Shown here piece by piece: positions 30,406-39,750 of a DNA stretch of 64,000 nucleotides. Made by a program: the position numbers and the translations under genes. This DNA comes from an uncultured Chloroflexia bacterium (GTDB taxonomy: Bacteria > Chloroflexota > Limnocylindria > Limnocylindrales > CSP1-4), in assembly GCA_963746845.1 (NCBI GenBank), contig CAVVCZ010000004.1, positions 864,001 to 928,000 on the forward strand, in the 5' to 3' direction. The notes under the pieces were generated by a model, which was given only the letters and a program-made list of their open reading frames with translations, had not been told where the DNA came from and ran no database searches. Numbering within the stretch: position 1 is the stretch's first letter; every line of letters starts with the position of its first letter.

Positions 30406-30732
30406 TCATTCCGGCGGCCGGAGAATCCAAGGGCTGATCGCGATGATTCCGATCGCGGCGACCGCAAGCAAGGTGAGAAGTAACGCGGCGATCCATCTCC
30501 TCGCGGTGCGAGCCTTCACGGTGAGGCCGGCGACGACTGTGCCGGCGGCCAGCCCGATTGCAATCGCGGCGTAAAGGCCGGTGTTCCCGATGCGTCCTGC
30601 TGGACCGAGGACCGCCTCAATCGCGCGGTGCGTCAGGAGATATGCGACTGTCCCAGCGAACGTCCCAACAAGCCAGCGCTGCCACGAGAGCCGAGCCGCT
30701 GCGGGCGCAGTGTCGCCCTCCTGATGGCCCAT
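30406..30732 (-). CDS. Small 3-TM hypothetical membrane protein
   Basis: Three hydrophobic segments; TACGAT-6nt-ATG leaderless-type start. Confidence 0.65.
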   Translation of the reverse strand: MGHQEGDTAPAAARLSWQRWLVGTFAGTVAYLLTHRAIEAVLGPAGRIGNTGLYAAIAIGLAAGTVVAGLTVKARTARRWIAALLLTLLAVAAIGIIAISPWILRPPE

Positions 30733-30791
30733 GTCAGCATCGTATGTCAACGTCACCGCCTGGAAGGTCCTCGGGCCACATCGCGTCCCTG

Positions 30792-30819
30792 ACACCCAGC
30801 GTTCGCGAGTATCACTCGA
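30792..30819. repeat. Inter-gene 28-bp motif, degenerate copy B'
   Basis: acacccaGCGT-TCGCGA-gTaTCACtcga; a separate left-arm TCGCAATGCG lies at 30839-30848. Confidence 0.4.
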
Positions 30820-30863
30820 CGGCCTCCCGGTTGGTCAGTCGCAATGCGGCGACGACCCGTGGA

Positions 30864-31304
30864 TCACGCCATCCGCTCGACCCACGCCGCGCGCCACGCT
30901 GGGGCTTCGAACGGCGGGGCGAAGTACCACGTCTCGCGATACACCTTGCCGTCTCGGAGCTGGATCAGAACCGAGAGGAACCAGGTGGAACCATCGGGGT
31001 AGACGCTCGTCCCATCGGCGAACCAGAAGTCACCGCTACCGACGACACGGTGGATCGTGTTCGCAGGAGTCAGGACCCACTCGTCCTTGCTTCCGACGAC
31101 GCGGACCGACAAGCCGCTCGGGCGCCCATCCGGCCAGTTCTCCATGATCGCCCGGTCGTTCGCGCTGCCTCGGATCCGCTCGCCCGACTGGGGCCACTCA
31201 ACCAACCAGTCCTCGTCACGCAAGGCGCCGGCCGAATCGTAATCATGCGCGGCCTGCGCTTCGACGTAGCGACGGACGATCTCCTCGTTTGACGGGTTCG
31301 CCAC
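30864..31304 (-). CDS. SnoaL-like/NTF2-family protein
   Basis: IVRRY..A....D.....L..ED...EWPQSGERIRG...LRDGKV.RET.YF..PF..P.WR; GAGGGAGAG RBS. Confidence 0.88.
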   Translation of the reverse strand: MANPSNEEIVRRYVEAQAAHDYDSAGALRDEDWLVEWPQSGERIRGSANDRAIMENWPDGRPSGLSVRVVGSKDEWVLTPANTIHRVVGSGDFWFADGTSVYPDGSTWFLSVLIQLRDGKVYRETWYFAPPFEAPAWRAAWVERMA

Positions 31305-31395
31305 GTTCTCTCCCTCGGGTGCGTCGAGTCGCACCCATGATGGACCGGCCCGCGCGGTCGGGCCTCGTGTTGGGTCACACGAGGTGCTGTCGGCC

Positions 31396-31423
31396 TCGCA
31401 AAGCGTCCGGCAATGTCACATGG
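31396..31423. repeat. Inter-gene 28-bp motif, copy B
   Basis: TCGCAAAGCGT-CCGGCA-ATGTCACATGG. Confidence 0.7.
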
Positions 31424-31437
31424 TCAGGCGGGGAGAC

Positions 31438-31894
31438 CTACTCCACAGGTCCGCGCCTTCACGGGACCAAGCTCGGGTCGCAGCATGGGCGAGATCAGCC
31501 TCCGCGGGCAGGCCGCCAAGGTCGCGTCCGGTGACCGAGCTCGAGCGGTGTTCCATCAGGACCCAGCCCGGCAGGTCCGGCGTCGCGCGTCTGGGTCGTG
31601 ACCGCTCATCGATGCGTAGCAATCGACCGCGCTGAAGGCGGCCTCGTAGGCGACGGCTCGGAGAAGCGTCGACGGCGGAAGGCGATGCGCCGGCGTTGCG
31701 AGTCGAGCCTCGCGCCGGCGGGAAACCGCCGGATGACCTCCTCGGTTCCGAAAGGATCGATGTCCCGGGGCCGATCGACCGAAGGAAGAGAAGCGGGCCG
31801 TGTGGGGCCGAGTTCGTCACGCGCAACTCGGACTGCAGCCCAGCCGGCCGGGTCGTGCACCAAGGTGGGCCGTTCGTCGAGTCAGCTCATCCAT
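31438..31894 (-). pseudogene. Multiply frameshifted hypothetical gene
   Basis: CAGAAT-7nt-ATG start; protein-like pieces in different frames (LRAVAYEAAFSA; DLPGWVLME; TGRDLGGL; EGADLW). Confidence 0.5.
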
Positions 31895-31937
31895 GCCGGG
31901 CATTCTGCCGCCCTCAGTGAAGCAGTAGACGGCAACG

Positions 31938-31965
31938 TCGCAATGCGTACGCGAATGTCACATGG
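31938..31965. repeat. Inter-gene 28-bp motif, copy C
   Basis: TCGCAATGCGT-ACGCGA-ATGTCACATGG. Confidence 0.7.
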
Positions 31966-32155
31966 CCTTTGCGGGCGTTGTGTCGACTCGCGACGATCAG
32001 AGGGGAACGTCGTCGTCGTACTCCCGGCCAGGCGCCGCTACCACGGCGAGGGCACACGTCGTCTACCCAGACGAGTTACGGCGCCAAGGGGATCGAGATA
32101 AGTGGAAGTGCTGAACCGATCTATTCGACGCTCGGCGGTGTCGCGACGTCGCCGC

Positions 32156-32757
32156 TCACTCGGCCGCTGCGGGTCTGAAGAGGGGCGGAAGCGTTCGATC
32201 CGGAGCGACGGCCGGCGCCTCCGGTTGAGTCTTCTTTCCGGTGGTCGTGTTGGTGATCGGTCCGGTGCCCAAATAGCCGAAATCGGAGTTGGTCACGAAG
32301 CAGATCGGGTTCGTCCAGATCTCACCGCCCGGAGCCGGCGAACCACCGCCTTGTTGCGGCACGTCGCCCTTGATCTGGATCACCCAAACGGGCCCAGGCT
32401 CCACTGGGAGCGGCTCACGCCCGGTCAACGCAACGTAATGCGGCAAGTCGCTTGCGGCCGTCAGCTTTGCCATGCCGGCGACCTCGTTGAACGGGATGAA
32501 CTCGCCGATGCGGCATGTCGCGAAGACGGCAGCAGCTTCGGCGTCGGGATGTGAGGCGGATACAGCTGCAAGGGCGGGAGCGCCGCTTTCGGGCGTTGCG
32601 ACCAGCGCCAGCGATGCAACGGGCCGATTCGTCGGCGAGGTCGTCGAGTGCGGCGGCTCGGTGACAACCGTCCCAGCGGACACGCAACCAACAAGAGCGA
32701 CGGGCATGGGGATGAGGCGGCAATGGATCGGGTGGTCGAAGATCGGTCGTAGCGCAC
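32156..32757 (-). CDS. Putative lipoprotein; 5' end probably frameshifted
   Basis: LVGC lipobox, Ser/Thr/Pro linker, globular part with two Cys (PVWVIQIKG, WTNPICFV); start uncertain. Confidence 0.5.
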
Positions 32758-33062
32758 GACGGAGCGGCGAAGCGGTCGGCACACGCAGATGGTCCGTCCG
32801 GTTCCATGGGAGGCTCCGGGCATCGCATCGGCAATCGCTCAGCGTGCACAGCAACGCGGCGATGCATGCGTCCGTTCTCGGCTCCGCAAAGACAGGGAGC
32901 GCGACCGCCGCCGTGGGGCCGCCCGAGACCGATACCGAACTGATGGCAGCCGAAGAGGATGTTTCGGTGAGAAGAATGCAGCGATTCAATCCGAGCTCGA
33001 GAAGTCGAGAAGTCGAGGATGTCCGACTCTGCGCAGGTCGATCGCATATCCGGTCGATCGAC

Positions 33063-33094
33063 TAAAAATTTTTATATAATATTTATAAAAATAT
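33063..33094. other. 32-bp pure A/T tract with 9-bp inverted repeat
   Basis: ATTTTTATA-TAATATT-TATAAAAAT at 33068-33092. Confidence 0.85.
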
Positions 33095-33186
33095 GCCATT
33101 TGTAGGCGAGCCGCGCCGTCGGGACGGATGTGCGACGACCTTCGGTGACGCTTCGCTATGCTTTCATCGGTCAGACCCTCGCACTC

Positions 33187-33392
33187 GGACCTCCTCGTGG
33201 AGCGCTGACGCTGTGCCTCCCTGAAAGGTTGCCCATTTCTCGCCTGGTGCGATCTCTCACAGGGATCGATTCCGGCCGGAAGCCGGGAAATCGCGCTGGA
33301 GGCCGCCGAATCGATCTCCCGTGGAGATCGATGGTGCGCGTACGGCGATCGATGAACCTGCGACTCGTGGGATCGATCTCCGTCAGAGATCA
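33187..33392. repeat. Palindromes CGATCTC-N5-GAGATCG at a 62-bp period
   Basis: Copies start at 33250, 33312 and 33374; degenerate copy at about 33187. Confidence 0.65.
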
Positions 33393-33409
33393 CCCGCGCG
33401 GCGGACCCG

Positions 33410-34423
33410 TCAGGCGGACGGGATCTCCGTGAGCCAGTGCCGATACTCGGGCAGCCGGCCGCGCACCGCGTCGAAGTACCGGTCGCGCATCAGCTTCGCG
33501 ATCGGGCCGACCTCGCCCGACCCGATCGGGCGGTGGTCGATCTCGATGACCGGGGAGATCTGGACGCCCGTCCCGCACAGGAACATCTCGTCGGCGACGT
33601 ACAGCTCGGAACGGTCGATCGAGCGGATCTCGACCGGAATCTTCTCGTTCGCGAGCAGCTCGAGCATCGCCTTGCGGGTCACGCCCTCGAGCAGGTCGTC
33701 GTTGACCGGCGGGGTCAGCGCCACGCCGTCGCGGACGATGAACAGGTTGGCCGCCGAGGCCTCGTTGACGTGCCCGTCGGCCGTGAGGACGACCGCCTCG
33801 TCGTAGCCGTTCATCTCGGCCTCGGACTTCTGGAAGGCCATGTTCACGTAACCGCCGACGATCTTGCCCCGCGCGGGGAGTGCCTCGTCCGCGTTCCGCC
33901 GCCAGGTCGAGGTCATGACCCGGACGCCCGAATCGGTGTCGATGTAGTTCCCGAACGGGATCGCGATGATGTAGAGCTCGTTGTCCAGATGGTGGAGCCG
34001 GACGCCGATCGCCTTCGTCGACTTGTAGAACGACGGGCGGATGTAGACGTCCTCGTGGAAGCCGTTCCGGGCGACCGTCTCGACGATCAGCCGGGTCAGC
34101 TCGTCGACCGACGGCACGTTCTCCATCAGGAGGATCCGGCACGACTGGCGGATCCGCTCGACGTGCTCCCGGATCTTCAGCCCGTAGAGCTTGCCGTGCT
34201 CCGCGTTCCAGTAGCCCCGGATGCCCTCGAAGGTGGCCGTCCCGTACATGAACGCGTGGGTCATGATGCTGACCTTCGCGTCGCGCATCGGGACGAACTC
34301 GCCCTCGAAGTAGCAGATGACGCTGCCGAGGTCGCGTGGCGCGGGCGCCGCGGTGTGGGGGTCCGAGGCGGGCGCCGACGCGGTCGCTGCGCCTCGGGCC
34401 GGGCTCGACTTGTGGGTCAGCAT
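33410..34423 (-). CDS. ilvE: Branched-chain amino acid aminotransferase
   Basis: HAFMYGTATFEGIR, K..G.Y, E.S.AN.F, LEGVTR, ADEMFLCGT. Confidence 0.93.
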   Translation of the reverse strand: MLTHKSSPARGAATASAPASDPHTAAPAPRDLGSVICYFEGEFVPMRDAKVSIMTHAFMYGTATFEGIRGYWNAEHGKLYGLKIREHVERIRQSCRILLMENVPSVDELTRLIVETVARNGFHEDVYIRPSFYKSTKAIGVRLHHLDNELYIIAIPFGNYIDTDSGVRVMTSTWRRNADEALPARGKIVGGYVNMAFQKSEAEMNGYDEAVVLTADGHVNEASAANLFIVRDGVALTPPVNDDLLEGVTRKAMLELLANEKIPVEIRSIDRSELYVADEMFLCGTGVQISPVIEIDHRPIGSGEVGPIAKLMRDRYFDAVRGRLPEYRHWLTEIPSA

Positions 34424-34564
34424 GCGGACGCTCCTGGGCGGATCTGCGGCATGCGGCGACGGGTCGCGTCGCGGCCTGCCGGTCGTGGTTCCGGGACGGT
34501 CGCCCGAGGATAACACGGGCCCTCGAGGCATCCCGCGACGCAGCCCGGACGGCCTCCGCGGTCC

Positions 34565-35617
34565 CTAGATCCAGCCGATCAGCGACGCCGCAACGATCCC
34601 GAGATAGACCAGGTAGAACGCCCCGCCGAGGAGGAGCCGCCGGCCGAACAGGTGACCGGAGCGCGCCATCGGGACGAAGATCACGGCCGTCGACAGGAAC
34701 GCGATCCCGGCCGACAGGAACGCGATCCGGCTGTCGTCGCTGATGTGCCAATGGTCGGCCGCGAACAGCAGCGCGACGACCGTCGGGATCGTCGACTGGA
34801 AGACCATCGCCCCGGTGATGTTGCCCATCGCGAGCGTGTCCTTGTTCAGGCGCACCCAGATCACCGAGTTGAACTTCTCCGGCAGCTCGGTGGCGATCGG
34901 CGCGATGACGAGCGCGAGGATCACGGGATCGACCCCGAGCGTCGTGGCGAGGTGGCCGACCGCGTCGACGAAGAAGAACGCGCCGGCGACGATCAGGCCG
35001 AGGGCGACGAGGACCTGCAGGTTCACGACGCGCAGCCGCGGCACCGCAGGATCCACGGCGCGTCCCGGCCGGTCGAGGCGGTGGAACCGGAGCGGTGCCA
35101 GGTCCTCCGCGTCGACGTCCGGATCGTCCTCGAAGTGGCCCTTGACGTACCACCCGTAGATGCCGATCAGGCCGGCCGCGACGACCCACTTCGGCCAGGC
35201 CGGCTCGAGCGGCAGGAGGGCGGCCGCGATCGCGATCGCGTAGGCGATCGCGAAGTACCGGGTGTCGTGAGCGAGGACCTTCGTGTCGACCGGCATGTCG
35301 TCGCCGCGCGGGCGGCTCCGGGCGACCATCAGCACCGCGACACCGGTCACGAACATCGCGAGGGTCGAGAGCATGAACGGCGCGCCGAGGATCGCCCCGA
35401 CGCCGATCCCGTGCGATGCGTCGGAGCCACCGCCGGTGAGGATCGCGATGATCGGGATCATCGTCTCGGGGAGCGCGGTCCCGACCGCGGCGAGGACCGA
35501 GCCGACCGCTCCCTCGGCCAGCTCGAGCTTGCGCCCGAACCACTCGATGCCGTTCGTGAACAGCTCGGCGCCGAGCAGGATGATGAAGAAGGCGATCACC
35601 AGGACGAGGAGGTCCAC
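34565..35617 (-). CDS. Sodium:calcium exchanger family antiporter
   Basis: Alpha repeats GTALPE and ATELPE, GNITG. Confidence 0.88.
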   Translation of the reverse strand: MDLLVLVIAFFIILLGAELFTNGIEWFGRKLELAEGAVGSVLAAVGTALPETMIPIIAILTGGGSDASHGIGVGAILGAPFMLSTLAMFVTGVAVLMVARSRPRGDDMPVDTKVLAHDTRYFAIAYAIAIAAALLPLEPAWPKWVVAAGLIGIYGWYVKGHFEDDPDVDAEDLAPLRFHRLDRPGRAVDPAVPRLRVVNLQVLVALGLIVAGAFFFVDAVGHLATTLGVDPVILALVIAPIATELPEKFNSVIWVRLNKDTLAMGNITGAMVFQSTIPTVVALLFAADHWHISDDSRIAFLSAGIAFLSTAVIFVPMARSGHLFGRRLLLGGAFYLVYLGIVAASLIGWI

Positions 35618-35618
35618 G

Positions 35619-36005
35619 TCAGCCCTCGAGGCCCGACGCCAGCACGACGCTCAACGTGATCACGACGAGGATCGCCGCGGCGACCACGGCCATCCGGCGC
35701 TCGCCGGACCGGAGATAACCGACGAGCGACGCCGCCACGCGGGCCGCCGGCGTCGCGACGACGACGATCAGGCCGAGCCAGAGGAAGCCGGTCGGCTGGA
35801 GAGCGACGATGTCGGCCGGGATCGCCCGGGGGTCGAACGGCGGCGCCCCGTCCAGCGGCCCGATTCCGTTCGCGAGCATCAGGGCGAACCCGATCCCGAG
35901 GAGGACGATCGAGGTGTACGTCCCGACCGTGAGGAGCCGCGCGATCGTGCGCTCGAGACCCGCGCCCGACGGGTCACCCGGGTCGCCGACGCCCGCCCGC
36001 GTCAC
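35619..36005 (-). CDS. DUF1634 family membrane protein
   Basis: LE..IARLL..G...ATP.ARV; coupled to TauE/SafE gene. Confidence 0.82.
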   Translation of the reverse strand: MTRAGVGDPGDPSGAGLERTIARLLTVGTYTSIVLLGIGFALMLANGIGPLDGAPPFDPRAIPADIVALQPTGFLWLGLIVVVATPAARVAASLVGYLRSGERRMAVVAAAILVVITLSVVLASGLEG

Positions 36006-36862
36006 GCGATCGCTCTCTGCAGCATCTGCCAGGCAGTGTAGAGCAGGATCACGACGAAGAGCCCGCGAAGGACCCGCAGGTCGATCCGATGGGCCACCCG
36101 CGACCCGACGCTCGCGCCGATGAACACGCCGATCGCAGTCGGGGCGGCGGCGTACGCGTCGAGGCCGCCGCGGATCAGGTAGATGATCGCGCTGGCCGAT
36201 GCGGTGATCCCGATCATCAGGTTGCTCGTCGCCGTCGCGACGCGAAGCGGCACGCCCATCACGACGTGCATGACCGGGACCTTGATCAGCCCGCCACCGA
36301 TTCCGAGGAGCGCGGATGCCACGCCGGCGCCGAGGCTGCCGAGGATCCCGGGGCCCATCCGGTGGACCCGGTAGCCGGGCCCCGAGAGTGTCTCGATGAA
36401 CGGGACCGGCGAGGCCGCCGCGAGCTGGGGCTCGGGGACCGGCTCCTCCGTCGGCTCGCCGTCGGGTTCGGGGTCGGGGTCGGGTTCGACGGATGTCGCC
36501 GGCTCCCGGCGACGAAGCATCGAGATCGCGACATAGACGAGGAGCACCGCGAAGAGCAGCTCGAGGGTGCGCTCGGGCAGGAGGAACGCGACGAGTCCCC
36601 CGACGAGCGCCCCGATCGCCGTGAACAGCTCCAGCGTCATCCCGAGCCGGAGGTTCGCGACGCGTCGCTCGAGATACACGCCGGCGGCGGCCCCGCTGGT
36701 CATGATCACGCAGACGAGGCTGACCCCGACCGCGGTGATCAGCGGCAGGCCGAAGGCGAGCGTCAGGAGCGGGACGATCAGGATCCCGCCGCCCAGCCCG
36801 AGCAGCGATCCGAACAGGCCCGCGGCGGCGCCACCCGCGAGCAGGAGCAGCCCGACGGCCAC
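36002..36862 (-). CDS. TauE/SafE sulfite exporter family permease
   Basis: GSLLGLGGGIL.VP and SALLGIGGG.IKVP repeats, ATATS. Confidence 0.9.
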   Translation of the reverse strand: MAVGLLLLAGGAAAGLFGSLLGLGGGILIVPLLTLAFGLPLITAVGVSLVCVIMTSGAAAGVYLERRVANLRLGMTLELFTAIGALVGGLVAFLLPERTLELLFAVLLVYVAISMLRRREPATSVEPDPDPEPDGEPTEEPVPEPQLAAASPVPFIETLSGPGYRVHRMGPGILGSLGAGVASALLGIGGGLIKVPVMHVVMGVPLRVATATSNLMIGITASASAIIYLIRGGLDAYAAAPTAIGVFIGASVGSRVAHRIDLRVLRGLFVVILLYTAWQMLQRAIA

Positions 36863-36927
36863 GTCAGCCCGGCCCGGCCGTGACCGGCATGGTCGCGGTC
36901 AGCGCGGGTCCGGCCGACCGACCGCGC

Positions 36928-37194
36928 CTAGGGGCGGAGGTGCTGTGGCGCGTACGGCAGGAGCGCGACGATCCGGGCCCGCTTGAGGGCCACGGCCAGC
37001 TCGCGCTGGTGCGCCGCGCAGGTGCCGGTCTTGCGGCGTGGCTCGATCTTCGCCCGCTCCGAGAGGTAGCGGCGGAGGCGGTTGACCTCCTTGTAGTCGA
37101 TCGAGACGGTCTTGTCGGCGCAGAACGCACAGACCTTCCGGCGGCGCCGGTCGCGGTAGTAATCGTCGCGCTTCTTCGAGCGGGTGGGCGGCAT
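36928..37194 (-). CDS. rpsR: 30S ribosomal protein S18
   Basis: RRKVCAFC...IDYK....L..Y.SE..KI.PRR.TG. Confidence 0.97.
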   Translation of the reverse strand: MPPTRSKKRDDYYRDRRRRKVCAFCADKTVSIDYKEVNRLRRYLSERAKIEPRRKTGTCAAHQRELAVALKRARIVALLPYAPQHLRP

Positions 37195-37265
37195 TCGGGT
37201 TCTCCTGGAGGCGCGGCGGTCAGGCCGCGCACGGTCGTTCGGTCAGGGTTCGCGGCGGCAGGACG

Positions 37266-37751
37266 TCAGAACGGCAGGTCGTCCAGCTCGGTGTCGTCGA
37301 AGCCACCGCGCGGGGCGTCACCGCCGGCGCCGCCACCGCCGCCGGCGCCGGCCGGGGCACCGGCCGCGGTCCGGGCCGGGGTTGCGGCGGCGAACTCGCC
37401 GTCGCCATCCTCGCGGCCCTTGCGCTCGAGGGCGATCACGTTGTCGGCGGTGATCTCGAGCGACGTCCGGTGGGTGCCGTCCTTCGCGTCGTACTCACGG
37501 GTCCGGAAGCGACCCTCGACGAACACGCGGTTGCCCTTCCGGAACTCCTCTGCGGCGCGCTCGGCGCGGTCGCCCCAGATGGTGACGCGGAACCAGTCGG
37601 TGCCCTGGTCCGCCCACTCGCCGCTCTGCGGATCGCGGCCGCGATGCGTGACGGCCACGCTGAACTCCGTCACCTGGCGGCCGTTCGGGGTGTAGCGCAT
37701 CTCGGGATCCCGTCCCAGGTTCCCGATGATCATCACCTTGCTGAAGGCCAT
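37266..37751 (-). CDS. ssb: Single-stranded DNA-binding protein
   Basis: GNLGRDPEMRYTP, VEGR, C-terminal DDLPF. Confidence 0.97.
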   Translation of the reverse strand: MAFSKVMIIGNLGRDPEMRYTPNGRQVTEFSVAVTHRGRDPQSGEWADQGTDWFRVTIWGDRAERAAEEFRKGNRVFVEGRFRTREYDAKDGTHRTSLEITADNVIALERKGREDGDGEFAAATPARTAAGAPAGAGGGGGAGGDAPRGGFDDTELDDLPF

Positions 37752-37762
37752 CGTCGCGCTCC

Positions 37763-38206
37763 TCAGTCGATCGCGGCCGGTGCCGCTTCGGTCTCGGATT
37801 CGTCGATCCGCTCGGTGACGTCGTCCAGGTCCTCGTCCTCGTCGGACGCGGACGGCAGGTCGACGTCGTCGATGTCCTCGCCGCCCTCCTCGGAGCCGTC
37901 ATGACGGGCCGGACGTGCCGGTCGCTCGTCACGGGTCACGAGATGGCGGAGGACTTCCTCGGTGATCAGGAGCGTGCGCTCCATCTCGGCGATCGCGTCC
38001 GCCGGTGCCTCGAACAGGACGATGTGGTACGAGCCCTCGCGGTACCGGTCGATCTGATAGGCGAGCCGGCGGCGACCCCACGGGGCCACCTTCACGATCT
38101 GGCCGCCCGAGGCCACGATGCCGCGCGTGGTGCGGTCGATGACCGCCTGGGCCTTGTCGTCCGCGACGTCGGGACGCAAGACCAGCATGAGTTCATATCG
38201 GCGCAT
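37763..38206 (-). CDS. rpsF: 30S ribosomal protein S6
   Basis: MRRYELMLVLRP, WGRRRLAY.I...EG.Y. Confidence 0.96.
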   Translation of the reverse strand: MRRYELMLVLRPDVADDKAQAVIDRTTRGIVASGGQIVKVAPWGRRRLAYQIDRYREGSYHIVLFEAPADAIAEMERTLLITEEVLRHLVTRDERPARPARHDGSEEGGEDIDDVDLPSASDEDEDLDDVTERIDESETEAAPAAID

Positions 38207-38209
38207 GCG

Positions 38210-38280
38210 CCAGGACACTCCTTCCAATGGGAAACGTCCCGCTGACGGCGGCAAGCCGGCGCGGAACCGAAAGGAAACAG
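38210..38280 (-). promoter_or_regulatory. Probable S6:S18 autoregulatory leader
   Basis: TTCC...TCCGC...GCGGGA...CCC...GGAAGGAG: hairpin with anti-SD pairing and CCC beside the RBS, upstream of rpsF. Confidence 0.45.
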
Positions 38281-38444
38281 GGTCCGAGTGTAGCACGGCG
38301 GCCTCCGCCAACCCCCGCCACGATCCGGCGACCGGGCCCGGACCCCGACCCCGTCCGCCCCGAACGCCGTTGTATCCTCACGGCGATCGGTCGCCGACCC
38401 GTCATCCGGACCACACGTCTCAAACCTGACCGCGCGGAGGCGCC

Positions 38445-39665
38445 GTGCCCGCCAGCACCATCCTCGTCATCGACGCCGATGCGGCGTCCGCCCAGCTGAT
38501 CGCGACAGCCCTGTCGGGCGTCGGCTACACCGTCACGCTGTCGCCGGATCCGACCGACGCGTTCCCGAAGATCTCCGAGCACCAGCTCGTGATCGTCGAC
38601 GTCATCGCCGGCGAGCGATCGGCCGTGGACGTCTGCCGCGAGATCCGGGCCACGCCCGGGATGGCGACGATCCCGATCCTGTGCGTGGGCCAGAGCGACG
38701 ATGTCGAGGAGCGGATCCGGTTCCTCGAGGCCGGCGCGGACGACGTCATGGCCCGGCCCTTCGACGCCCGCGAGCTCGAGGCGCGCGTGGAGGCCCTCCT
38801 CCTCCGCTTCCAGCGGTCGAAGGACCTCGGTGTCGCCGTCTCCACCGACGGCCTCACTGTCCTCAGGACCCGTCGCACCGTGGCCGTCCACAGCCCGAAG
38901 GGCGGGGCCGGGACGTCGACGGTGGCGACGAACATCGCGTTGGCCGCGGCGCAGCGGAAGCCGGATCGCGTCGTGATCGTCGACCTGGACCTCCAGTTCG
39001 GGCAGGTCGCGACGTACCTGAACGTCGAGCCGCGCCAGACCCTGGCGGACGTCGTACGCGAGGACGCGGCGACGCGTGAGCCGGAGCTGCTCCGGACCTA
39101 TGCGACCCGCCACGACAGCGGGCTGCACGTCCTCGCGGCGCCGACCGGTCCGGAGCTCGCCGATCTCGTCCAGCCCGAGCACGTCGACCGGATCCTGTCG
39201 ACCCTGCTCGACTCGTACGACCAGGTCGTCATCGACACCGGGTCGTGGCTGGATGAGCGGACGCTCGTCGCGTTCGAGCACGCCGAGAACGTGATCTTCG
39301 TCGTAAACCCGGAGATCTCGGGCCTCAAGGCGGTCAACGCGCTGATCGAGTACCTCAACGAGGCCGGCACGGTCGCGGCGAAGTCGATGTTCGTCCTGAA
39401 CAACATCTTCGGCCGCGAGATCGTTCGGCATCGCGACGTGGAGCAGGCCCTCGGCAGCCGGATCGAGGCCGAGCTGCCGTACGACCCGTTCCTCTATCTC
39501 AAGGCGGTCAACGCCGGGATCCCCATCGTCCTCGGCGCGCCGCGCTCGCTGCCCGCCGAGGCCCTCGTCGCCCTGTCCGTCGTGGCGTTCGGCGGAGAGA
39601 GCATCTCGATGGCCGCGCCCCAGCTCGAGAAGAAGACGGGCCGCTTCGCGTTCCGCCGTCACTGA
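38445..39665 (+). CDS. Receiver domain + CpaE/TadZ-like MinD-type ATPase
   Basis: REC domain (ILVID, IVD, GADD...PF); deviant Walker A SPKGGAGTS; DLDLQFG. Confidence 0.85.
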   Translation: MPASTILVIDADAASAQLIATALSGVGYTVTLSPDPTDAFPKISEHQLVIVDVIAGERSAVDVCREIRATPGMATIPILCVGQSDDVEERIRFLEAGADDVMARPFDARELEARVEALLLRFQRSKDLGVAVSTDGLTVLRTRRTVAVHSPKGGAGTSTVATNIALAAAQRKPDRVVIVDLDLQFGQVATYLNVEPRQTLADVVREDAATREPELLRTYATRHDSGLHVLAAPTGPELADLVQPEHVDRILSTLLDSYDQVVIDTGSWLDERTLVAFEHAENVIFVVNPEISGLKAVNALIEYLNEAGTVAAKSMFVLNNIFGREIVRHRDVEQALGSRIEAELPYDPFLYLKAVNAGIPIVLGAPRSLPAEALVALSVVAFGGESISMAAPQLEKKTGRFAFRRH

Positions 39666-39750
39666 CCCGGCCCGCCTTCGACGCGCTACAAGCCTCCTGG
39701 ATGTGGGGTGGCCCGCGCCGGCCGCGTCCCGGTCTGGTCGCGGCTGCCCC

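Noticed and set aside
30725-30752. dif site (GTATGTCAAC resembles a XerD arm)
   Set aside because: No XerC arm; it overlaps a promoter and start codon; gene strand bias does not switch here
31969-32178. Small + strand ORF between motif C and the lipoprotein gene
   Set aside because: No RBS or promoter and no motif; probably a remnant
33187-33392. CRISPR array
   Set aside because: Units are 19-bp palindromes with variable loops rather than identical repeats; no cas genes; kept as a phased repeat
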